From assembly GCA_017625065.1 (NCBI GenBank), contig JAGALS010000016.1, positions 26,707 to 90,706 of the forward strand: 64,000 bases of DNA, written 5' to 3'. This document shows, one piece after another, positions 38,640 through 46,878 of the stretch. The notes below the pieces were generated by a model. The model saw only the letters and a program-made list of their open reading frames with translations, was not told where the DNA came from and did no database searches. Origin of the DNA: Clostridia bacterium (GTDB taxonomy: Bacteria; Bacillota; Clostridia; Oscillospirales; CAG-272). A program made the translations under genes and the position numbers. The stretch's first letter is position 1; every line of letters starts with the position of its first letter.

Positions 38640-39389
38640 TTAAAGGCTTTCGACCACGTGATCCATATTGTAAAGCCCGGCGGGCTTGCCCGTCATAAAA
38701 TGGGCGGCGCGGAGCGCACCCGTGGCAAAGACCTCGCGCGAGGCGGCACTGTGGGATAGGGTGATGACCTCATCCTTGCCGCAGAACATCACCTCGTGCT
38801 CGCCGACAATGGTGCCGCCGCGTACGGCGTGCAATCCGATCTCGCCTTTTGCTCTTGCGCGGCGCTCGGCGTGGCGGTCATAAACGTAAGGATGCTCCTT
38901 CTCCTCGCTGATGGCATCGGCGATCATCAGCGCCGTGCCGCTGGGGGCGTCGAGCTTTTGATTGTGGTGCTTTTCGATGATCTCAATATCAAACGCATCG
39001 CCAAGCGTCGCCGCGGCACGGCGGCAAAGCGCGATCAAGAGATTGATACCAAGCGACATATTACGCGAAAAGAAAACGGGCACGGTGGTTGCGGCCTCCT
39101 TCATCGCGGCAAGCTCCTCTTCGGTGTGACCGGTGGTGCAGACTACGATAGGGGTAGCATTTTTTGTGGCATAAGCAAGCAGCCCTTGCAGGGCGCTGTG
39201 ATGCGAAAAATCCACGATCACATCGGCTCTGCCCTGAAATTCATCGGGAGAGGTGAAAATGGGGAATGGACTGTCGGCGGCGGGGTTGATATCAACGCCT
39301 GCCACGATGCGGTCGCCGGCTTCCTTGGCGGCGGCAATCACCGCCGCGCCCATTCGTCCGCCACAGCCGCAGAGCATGATGTTCAGCAT
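38640..39389 (-). CDS. dapB: 4-hydroxy-tetrahydrodipicolinate reductase
   Basis: GCGGRMG, DFS, EKHHNQKLDAPSGTA, RGGTIVGEH. Confidence 0.96.
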   Translation of the reverse strand: MLNIMLCGCGGRMGAAVIAAAKEAGDRIVAGVDINPAADSPFPIFTSPDEFQGRADVIVDFSHHSALQGLLAYATKNATPIVVCTTGHTEEELAAMKEAATTVPVFFSRNMSLGINLLIALCRRAAATLGDAFDIEIIEKHHNQKLDAPSGTALMIADAISEEKEHPYVYDRHAERRARAKGEIGLHAVRGGTIVGEHEVMFCGKDEVITLSHSAASREVFATGALRAAHFMTGKPAGLYNMDHVVESL

Positions 39390-39413
39390 CTTTAAACTTC
39401 CTTTCAGATCAAA

Positions 39414-40307
39414 TTACAGCAATCCGTACTCTGCCATCACTGCCTTGAGCTTGGCAAGGTTGGCATCTTCCATTTCCGAAAGAGGCAGACGGAACTCAAG
39501 ATCGCACATACCCAGAAGGGCGGCGGCAGTCTTGACGGGGATGGGGTTGACCTCGCAGAACAGCGTGTTCATCAGCTTGAGGTACTTCAGCTGCATTTCA
39601 GCGCCTGTCTTGAAGTCGCCCGCAAGACAAGCGGCACAGAGATCGTGGGTCTCGCGGGGCAGAATGCCCGAGAACACCGAGATCACACCCTTGCCGCCAA
39701 GCGACATGATGGGCACGATCTGGTCGTCGTTGCCGGAATACACGTCCAGCGAATCGCCGCACTCGGCGATCAGCTCGGCAATGGCGGAAAGGTTGCCCGA
39801 GGCTTCCTTGGCGGCAACGATGCGCTCGTGCTTGGCAAGCTCGCGGTAAACGGGCAGTGTGATGTTCACGCCCGTGCGAGAGGGAACGTTATAGAGAATG
39901 ATGGGTTTATCGGTCGCCTCTGCCGTAGCAAGAAAGCTCTCGATCAAGCCCTTGGGGGTCGCCTTGTTGTAGTAGGGCGTGACCAGCAGCAGCGCGTCGC
40001 AGCCGACCTCGCAGGCGTACTTGGACAGCTCAATGCCGTAGGCGGTGTCGTTGGAGCCTGTACCCGCGATCACGGGCACGCGTCCCGCGGTATATTCGAC
40101 CGAGGCGCGCAGCAGCTCGCAGTGCTCCTCGTGGTCAAGAGTTGCCGCCTCGCCCGTGGTGCCGGCGATGACAAGCGCATCGATGCCGCCGTTGATCTGT
40201 TGATCGATCAGCTGCTTTAAGCGCTCATAATCGATCTTGCCGTTTTTGAAGGGCGTGATCAGGGCGGTTGCCGCACCTGTAAAAATGGATTTTTTCAGCT
40301 TGCTCAT
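39414..40307 (-). CDS. dapA: 4-hydroxy-tetrahydrodipicolinate synthase
   Basis: ALITPF, GTTGEA, TPYYNK, LYNVPSRTG, KEASG. Confidence 0.96.
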   Translation of the reverse strand: MSKLKKSIFTGAATALITPFKNGKIDYERLKQLIDQQINGGIDALVIAGTTGEAATLDHEEHCELLRASVEYTAGRVPVIAGTGSNDTAYGIELSKYACEVGCDALLLVTPYYNKATPKGLIESFLATAEATDKPIILYNVPSRTGVNITLPVYRELAKHERIVAAKEASGNLSAIAELIAECGDSLDVYSGNDDQIVPIMSLGGKGVISVFSGILPRETHDLCAACLAGDFKTGAEMQLKYLKLMNTLFCEVNPIPVKTAAALLGMCDLEFRLPLSEMEDANLAKLKAVMAEYGLL

Positions 40308-40442
40308 GGTATGACTTCCTTTCTCCGGCCCTGCCGGCAATGCGTAAAAAACGCAAGAAAATAAAAAAACCGGTTGAAAACCAGCCGTAGTTGTACTATA
40401 ATAAGAACAGACGGTGCAAAGCACGCGCCGCTTAGCAACATA

Positions 40443-40608
40443 CAGATAGCTCTCCATCAATACTGACGACAGTTCCACAGCTTTGAACCGTGTGAACCAG
40501 CAAGGCATCCGCCGCAGAAAGCCCCACTTCGGCGCTCTGTGCTCTCACCCTGGCTACAAGCGGTCACGGCGACCTTGCCAGAATGAGGTCGCAGCGCGCA
40601 CCTCTATC
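40443..40608 (-). promoter_or_regulatory. lysine riboswitch
   Basis: minus strand ATAGAGGTGCGC...GCCGAA...ACTGTC...GGAGAGCTATC upstream of dapAB, followed by terminator CGGCTGG/CAACCGG-U tract. Confidence 0.85.
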
Positions 40609-40721
40609 ATTATATTATGTTTTTTTGACCTTTTGGTCACTAATATCTTAACACATAAATATGTGCTTGTCAACCGTTTTTGAAAGGTTTTTTAAAAAGA
40701 CAAGCCACTGAAAGGACAGAT

Positions 40722-41801
40722 ATGAAAGAGCCCATTCGCAACGAGAAAATTTCAACCGATCTCAAGACCTCTGATTTTTATTACGACCTGCCCGAGGAGC
40801 GCATCGCGCAGCACCCCGTCGAGCCGCGCGACGCCTCGCGCCTGATGGTGCTGGATCGCAAGAGCAATACAGTCGAGCACAAGCACTTCCATAACGTTTT
40901 GGATTATCTTCGGGAGGGCGACGTGCTGGTCATCAACGATTCCAAGGTCATCCCCGCCCGTTTGTACGGGCACGTGGAGGGCAGACCCGAGGCGACGATC
41001 GAGCTGCTGCTGCTCCGTCAGCGCGAGCTTGACGTGTGGGAAACGCTGGTCAAGCCCGGCAAGCGCGCCCGTGTGGGGATGCGACTTGTGTTTGGCGACG
41101 GAATGCTGACCGCTACGGTGACCGACATCGTGGAGGAGGGTAACCGCTACGTCAAATTTGACTATGATCGCGACACGTATGCAAATATTTATGACATTTT
41201 GCATCGCATCGGTATGATGCCGCTCCCCCCATACATCACGGCACAGCTGCAGGATAACGACCGTTATCAGACGGTCTACGCAAGGGAAGAGGGCTCTGCC
41301 GCAGCACCCACCGCGGGGTTGCATTTCACGCCCGAGCTGCTTGAAAAGGTACGCGCCAAGGGCGTTGCCATCGCCCCCGTGATGCTGCACGTGGGGCTTG
41401 GCACTTTCCGTCCCGTGAAGGCAGACCGTGTGGACGAGCACGTGATGCATACCGAATTCATTTCGGTCTCTAAAGAGAGCGCCGATCTGATCAACAGCCG
41501 CCGCGCCGCGGGCGGACGCATCGTGGCGGTTGGCACGACCTCTTGCCGCACGCTGGAGAGTGTAGCGGACGAAGAGGGAAAAATTCAACCCGTTTCGGGG
41601 GATACGGGCATTTTTATCTATCCCGGATACCGCTTTAAGGCGGTCGATGCCCTGATCACCAACTTCCATCTGCCCGAAAGCACGCTTTTGATGCTGGTCT
41701 CCGCTTTTTATAACCGCGATGCGATGTTAGATGCCTATAAGACCGCGGTCGAGGAAAAGTATCGCTTCTTTTCCTTCGGCGACGCGATGTTGATCGTATA
41801 A
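40722..41801 (+). CDS. queA: S-adenosylmethionine:tRNA ribosyltransferase-isomerase
   Basis: [41 protein letters not shown]. Confidence 0.97.
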   Translation: MKEPIRNEKISTDLKTSDFYYDLPEERIAQHPVEPRDASRLMVLDRKSNTVEHKHFHNVLDYLREGDVLVINDSKVIPARLYGHVEGRPEATIELLLLRQRELDVWETLVKPGKRARVGMRLVFGDGMLTATVTDIVEEGNRYVKFDYDRDTYANIYDILHRIGMMPLPPYITAQLQDNDRYQTVYAREEGSAAAPTAGLHFTPELLEKVRAKGVAIAPVMLHVGLGTFRPVKADRVDEHVMHTEFISVSKESADLINSRRAAGGRIVAVGTTSCRTLESVADEEGKIQPVSGDTGIFIYPGYRFKAVDALITNFHLPESTLLMLVSAFYNRDAMLDAYKTAVEEKYRFFSFGDAMLIV

Positions 41802-41915
41802 ATTCCGCAATACTGCGTTAAAGCTTCGACTTGTCGCCCTCGCCGTAGGTCACTACGCCGTCGGGCGTCGCGCTCGCTTTGCCTTGTCTTGCGAAATTTC
41901 TACTGATCAGCAAAT
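41788..41915. repeat. long imperfect hairpin element (related to 6335-6455)
   Basis: AAATTCCGCAA...TTGCGAAATTT arms with core CTCGCCGTAG-GTCA-CTACGCCGTCG. Confidence 0.65.
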
Positions 41916-42033
41916 GCTGTTGTGTGTTTTGTACAACAAAAATTGCGAGTTGCTGCTTGCTTTAGCCTAGGAAAATCATTTATAACTCACCCCGTCTTGG
42001 GGGATACTTCAAAAAAGTCTTGAAAGGAGCCTT

Positions 42034-42261
42034 ATGATACCTGTTGCATTGTTTACAGATATCGCATACGCGGCATTGGCGCTTTTGATCGCGGTGCTGG
42101 CGATCTATTTTGCACTGCGCGTGCTTGGAAAAATCACAAAATTCTTTGTGACCGTGATCGTACTTGCCGTGGTGGCAGTTGTGCTGTACTTGATCTTTTC
42201 GGATCATAGCATTTTAAAGGCCGCTTCGGACCTGCTTTGGCAGTTACCGAAACGGCTTTGA
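42034..42261 (+). CDS. small two-TM membrane protein
   Basis: SD AAGGAG, two hydrophobic segments. Confidence 0.65.
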   Translation: MIPVALFTDIAYAALALLIAVLAIYFALRVLGKITKFFVTVIVLAVVAVVLYLIFSDHSILKAASDLLWQLPKRL

Positions 42262-42317
42262 TATAGAAATTTTAAACGTGTTTTTGTTAGTAAAAAATTC
42301 GGAAAGGGGGCATAACG

Positions 42318-43283
42318 GTGTGCAAAAAGCCTGAAATTTTAGCGGTTGTCGGTCCTACTGCAAGCGGCAAAAGCGCCCTTGCGTTGGAGCTTTGCAAGCG
42401 CCTTGGGGGCGAGATCGTTTCCTGTGACTCAATGCAGATCTATCGCGGTATGGATATCGGCACCGCAAAGCCGACTGCCGCAGAGATGCGCGAGGTGCCC
42501 CATCATCTGATCGACATTGCCGACCCCGAGGAGGAGTTCTCGGTGATGGATTTTGTCGCCGCCGCGGAGCGAGCGACCGAGGATATTCTGTCCCGTGGAA
42601 GGATGCCCGTATTTTGCGGCGGCACGGGGCTTTATCTGGATGCTTTTTTGCGTGGGGGCGTTGCCGAAACGCCCGGTGCCGATCCCGTCTTGCGCGCCGA
42701 GCTGAACGCATTGGCGGATACGTGCGGCGCGGAGCATTTGCACGCTATGTTAAAGGAAGTGGACCCCAAAAGTGCCGATACGGTGCATCCAAATAACGTG
42801 CGCCGCGTGATCCGCGCGTTGGAGATCTACCGTGCCACGGGCATCCCGAAATCCGAATGGGATCGCCGTTCCTTGCAAATGCCATCCCGTTATAACGCCA
42901 CCGTGCTGGGGCTTTCCTATTCCGACCGTGAGCTGTTGTATCGCCGCATCGAGGCGCGTGTGGATCAGATGCTCGAGGAAGGGCTTGTTGAGGAGACGCG
43001 GCGCTTGATGGAGCGTGGCGTTTTTGAGGTTTCGCGTACCGCCTGCGCCGCGATCGGCTACAAGGAGCTTTTGCCTTATTTGCGCGGTGAGCAGACACTT
43101 AACGAGGCTGTTTCGGAGCTCAAAACCGCAACAAGGCGCTACGCAAAGCGCCAGATGACATGGTTTTTGGCAAAGCCATACGTGCATTGGATCGAGGCGA
43201 ATGATGGAAATTTGGTTCGAAAAAGTGAAGAAATTGTAAATATGTCATTACAAGTATTCCTAAAACATAAGAATATGTTATAA
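42318..43283 (+). CDS. miaA: tRNA dimethylallyltransferase
   Basis: GPTASGKS, DSMQIYRGMDIGTAKP, TRRYAKRQMTWF. Confidence 0.96.
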   Translation: MCKKPEILAVVGPTASGKSALALELCKRLGGEIVSCDSMQIYRGMDIGTAKPTAAEMREVPHHLIDIADPEEEFSVMDFVAAAERATEDILSRGRMPVFCGGTGLYLDAFLRGGVAETPGADPVLRAELNALADTCGAEHLHAMLKEVDPKSADTVHPNNVRRVIRALEIYRATGIPKSEWDRRSLQMPSRYNATVLGLSYSDRELLYRRIEARVDQMLEEGLVEETRRLMERGVFEVSRTACAAIGYKELLPYLRGEQTLNEAVSELKTATRRYAKRQMTWFLAKPYVHWIEANDGNLVRKSEEIVNMSLQVFLKHKNML

Positions 43284-43307
43284 TAATTTATTATAAGAAT
43301 TCAACAT

Positions 43308-44549
43308 ATGCCCAAAACAAAAGGGGGGAGCGATGTGAACAAAAGATCATACAGGCGCAAAAGCTATCATATCGCTCAATTGATATGTGTCCTTTTGTTG
43401 CTCTCCTTTCTGGTCGTCATTCTGGGCATCGAAGCACAGAGAAATGCGGTATCTTACAGCCGCGAGGCTGCAAAAACCGTTTCCTATACCGTGACCGATT
43501 CGCTTTCGGGCTACGTGTTCCGTGATGAAAAGACCTTGGAAAGCCAAAACAACGGTCCGATCGAATACTTGGTCTCTGACGGCAGCTTTGTCAAGGCGGG
43601 AGACCGACTTGCCAATGTTTACGTGGACGATACGGGAACAGACAAGCGTCAGACCGCGGCGGCGCTGTATGCGGAGATCGCCCGCTTGGAGCGAGCGCTG
43701 GAGCGTGACGTGATCGCGTGGCAGCTGACGTATTTTGAATCCTATGAGGATATGATGGGTGCCATCAGTGCGGGTGACCTACGCACGGGGCGGAATGCCG
43801 CGGGCGACCTTGCCGCTACATTGGAGCGCCGCAGTGCCTTTGGCGATAGCAGAGCGGAGCTGGAAGCGCGTATCGCGGCCCTGCGTGCCGAGATCGGAGA
43901 GCTTGTGCGCTACGTCGATCAGCCCCAAGCGTTTTCGGCGAAGGAAAACGGCTACTACTTCAGCTATCAAGCTGACGGATACGAGGCGCTTTTCGGTACA
44001 GCCGCCGTGGAGGATCTGACACCCGAGGGGCTGGAGCGCTTGCTCGGCTCCAAAACAGTTTCTGACAATGCTATCGGAAAGCTTGTGAGCGGCGGAGAGT
44101 ATTATCTCGCGGTCCCGACCTCGCTTGAGAGGGCGAAAAGCTATACGGTGGATGCCGTCTACCGCGTGCGTATGGCGCGCGGAGGCGAAGCACAAATGCG
44201 CCTTTCACGCATTGCCGCTTCTCAAAACGGGGAGGATGCATTGCTGATCTTTTATGCTGAAAAGTGCCCGAACGGTATGGATCTTTGCCGCCGACAGCCC
44301 GTCGAGATCGAGCGAAGCACCGTGGAGGGGCTTCGTGTGCCCGCGGCGGCGCTTTACAACGAGGGCGATGAGGATGCGGTGTACGTTGCAACAGACGGCG
44401 TTGCAGCAAGAAGGCGCGTGCAGGTCTTGTGCCGGGAAGGTGGCAGCTGCATCGTTGCTGTCTCTCACGAGGAAGGCTATCTGCGCGAAGGCGAAATGAT
44501 CGTGATCACCGCACGCAGTGTTTACGATGGGAAGGAGCTACGTCGATGA
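43308..44549 (+). CDS. HlyD-like membrane-fusion/adaptor protein
   Basis: N-terminal TM, lipoyl-like V.DG..VK.G, coiled coil, GL.VP..AL; upstream of yggS. Confidence 0.7.
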   Translation: MPKTKGGSDVNKRSYRRKSYHIAQLICVLLLLSFLVVILGIEAQRNAVSYSREAAKTVSYTVTDSLSGYVFRDEKTLESQNNGPIEYLVSDGSFVKAGDRLANVYVDDTGTDKRQTAAALYAEIARLERALERDVIAWQLTYFESYEDMMGAISAGDLRTGRNAAGDLAATLERRSAFGDSRAELEARIAALRAEIGELVRYVDQPQAFSAKENGYYFSYQADGYEALFGTAAVEDLTPEGLERLLGSKTVSDNAIGKLVSGGEYYLAVPTSLERAKSYTVDAVYRVRMARGGEAQMRLSRIAASQNGEDALLIFYAEKCPNGMDLCRRQPVEIERSTVEGLRVPAAALYNEGDEDAVYVATDGVAARRRVQVLCREGGSCIVAVSHEEGYLREGEMIVITARSVYDGKELRR

Positions 44550-45250
44550 CCGACCTTGCATATATCAAAGAAAACCTTGAGGCGGTACGCACCGAGATCG
44601 CGAAAGCGGAAAATAATGCAGAACGCGTTGGCAAAACGCTGATGCTCGCCGCGATCAAGTACGGCACCGATGACGAGGTGCGTGCGCTTTTATCAAACGG
44701 CGTCCTCGACGTGGGCGAAAACCGCGTGCAGCAGCTGCTTGACCGCTTTGAATTGCTCTCGGCACATCAAGCGCGGGTGCATTTCATCGGCTCGTTGCAG
44801 ACCAATAAGGTCAAATACATCATTGATAAGGTCTCGATGATCCATTCGGTGGACTCCGAAAAGCTTGCCGCCGAGATCAACCGCCGCGCGGCACAAAAGG
44901 AGCTTGTGATGGACGTGCTGGTCGAGATCAACGGCGCAAGGGAAGAGGCTAAAAGCGGCGTGATGCCCGAGGATGCACAGGCCCTTTGTCGCCGGATACT
45001 TGCTATGCCCAATCTTAAGTTGCGGGGCTTTATGACAATGGGCCCCCGATTTGACAGTGACGATGCCTATCAGGCGTATTTCGCCTCGGTGAAGGCGATC
45101 GGCGATGCGCTCTGGCAGGAGCTTTCGATGGACGGTACCCCCTTGTATTCGATGGGAATGTCCGAAAGCTTTGCCCCCGCCATTGCGGCGGGCGCCGATA
45201 TGGTGCGCGTCGGCAGACGGCTTTTTTACAACAGTGAGCAAACAAATTGA
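44546..45250 (+). CDS. yggS: pyridoxal phosphate homeostasis protein YggS/YlmE
   Basis: GENRVQ, HFIGSLQTNKVK, SMGMS, VRVG. Confidence 0.93.
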   Translation: MTDLAYIKENLEAVRTEIAKAENNAERVGKTLMLAAIKYGTDDEVRALLSNGVLDVGENRVQQLLDRFELLSAHQARVHFIGSLQTNKVKYIIDKVSMIHSVDSEKLAAEINRRAAQKELVMDVLVEINGAREEAKSGVMPEDAQALCRRILAMPNLKLRGFMTMGPRFDSDDAYQAYFASVKAIGDALWQELSMDGTPLYSMGMSESFAPAIAAGADMVRVGRRLFYNSEQTN

Positions 45251-45280
45251 TGAATATAACACGAAAGGATGGAAAAACGA

Positions 45281-45718
45281 ATGAAAAACCCCTTTTTCAA
45301 GAAGCCTAAAAATGACTACGATTCTTACGATGATTCCTATGATAACGGCTTTTACCGCGCCGAAGAAGAGGAAGAGGACGGCATTGTGGGTGACCTCGAG
45401 GAGGAGACCCCCGTGCTGACTCAAACGCCCAAGAGGCCGACTCCTACAGGCTCTGCGAACCGACTGAAGGTCGTCAAGCCTCATGGCTATCAGGATGGTC
45501 CCTCGATCGCCGAATATCTGGTTGACGGTTACACCGTTGTAATGAACATCGAGGAGCTGGAGCGCCCTGCCGCGCTGCGCCTGATCGACTTTTTGCTCGG
45601 CGCTTTGCAGGTGCTTGGCGGTGAGCTGCGCCGTGTGACCAAGACCACCCTTGTGCTTGCTCCCCGTCCCGGTGAGCTTGTTGAGGAAGAGGAGCAGGAG
45701 GGGGACGACCGTCTTTGA
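45281..45718 (+). CDS. sepF: cell division protein SepF
   Basis: amphipathic N-terminus, acidic linker, VV.P..Y..., R.IDFL.G; position in ylm cluster (alternative start 45269). Confidence 0.88.
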   Translation: MKNPFFKKPKNDYDSYDDSYDNGFYRAEEEEEDGIVGDLEEETPVLTQTPKRPTPTGSANRLKVVKPHGYQDGPSIAEYLVDGYTVVMNIEELERPAALRLIDFLLGALQVLGGELRRVTKTTLVLAPRPGELVEEEEQEGDDRL

Positions 45719-45760
45719 TCGGACGCGTTTGTTGCTACATTTTGGAAAGGAGAGGCAGAT

Positions 45761-46039
45761 ATGGATCTTGTCGTCAAGCTGATCATCGGTATTGCACAGG
45801 CAATGCTTGCCACGTTGCAGATCGCTATGCTGATCCGCGCCATTCTTTCCTGGCTTCCCATCAGCGATGACAATATATTCGTGCGCTTTGTGACGATGCT
45901 GACCGAGCCGATCGTTGCCCCCATCCGTGCGCTGTTTGAGCGTATGAATTGGTTTCAGAACATCCCCATTGACATTTCCTTTTTGGTGGCGTATATCCTG
46001 CTGTCGGTCGTGAGCACGGTACTTGGCGTGGTGGCGTGA
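45761..46039 (+). CDS. YggT/YlmG membrane protein
   Basis: RAILSW, TEP..AP.R, IDIS. Confidence 0.9.
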   Translation: MDLVVKLIIGIAQAMLATLQIAMLIRAILSWLPISDDNIFVRFVTMLTEPIVAPIRALFERMNWFQNIPIDISFLVAYILLSVVSTVLGVVA

Positions 46040-46824
46040 TGATCGAATCTCTTGAATTGCTGTATGCAAGAGCCGAGGAGCTGCTTGATCGCTCCCGTCG
46101 GCAAATGATCATGACGTATACCGATTTTCTCACCCCACAACAGCAAATGCGGCTTTCCCGTCATTTGGCGGGGGCTGCGGATGAGTGGCGCTTTTTTGGC
46201 GGCTATGAAGAGGCGGAGCGGCGCAGAATGTTCTTTCTGCCCGCGTATCTTGCCGACCTTGAAGAAAGCGACCGTGCCGAATGCCTGCAGGAGACCTATT
46301 CCGAGTGCCTGATCCCACTTGAGATCAAGGGAAGCGGCTATCGGGAGCTTTCGCACCGTGACTTTTTGGGCGCTTTGTTGCATCTTGGGGTCGAGCGAGA
46401 TCGCATCGGTGACATTTGCGTGCTTCCCCCCGACCGCGCGATCCTGTTTTGCGATCGCGTGATGGCAGATTTCTTTGCGCAGAATTTGAGCCGTGTCGCA
46501 AACGACGCGGTGCGGATTTCGACCGTGACGCTTCCTGCGGATTTTGACGGGGGCAGACGGTTTGAAAGCATCAGCGATACGGTGGCATCCCCGCGTGCGG
46601 ATGCCGTGGTCGCCGCGCTTGCGAACCTCGCGCGCGAAAAAGCGCAGGCGCTGTTTCGCGAGGGGCGCGTTGAAATCGACTACGAGCCCGAGCTGCGTAC
46701 GGACCGCAACGTCGATGCGGGGGCGGTCATCGTAATCCGCGGATGCGGAAAATTTATCATTCGTTCACTTTCGGACAAGACCCGCAAGGGGCGCTATCGC
46801 TTGCTTGCGGACCGCTACGTCTGA
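46036..46824 (+). CDS. ylmH: YlmH-like S4 RNA-binding protein
   Basis: TDFLTP, GGYEEAER, LSHRDFLGAL, IGDI, S.R.D, IRG.GK. Confidence 0.9.
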   Translation: MMIESLELLYARAEELLDRSRRQMIMTYTDFLTPQQQMRLSRHLAGAADEWRFFGGYEEAERRRMFFLPAYLADLEESDRAECLQETYSECLIPLEIKGSGYRELSHRDFLGALLHLGVERDRIGDICVLPPDRAILFCDRVMADFFAQNLSRVANDAVRISTVTLPADFDGGRRFESISDTVASPRADAVVAALANLAREKAQALFREGRVEIDYEPELRTDRNVDAGAVIVIRGCGKFIIRSLSDKTRKGRYRLLADRYV

Positions 46825-46878
46825 TCTTGATTTGTTTTTTTATTTTAGTGACATATAAACAGAGGAGCTTTGAAAAAA

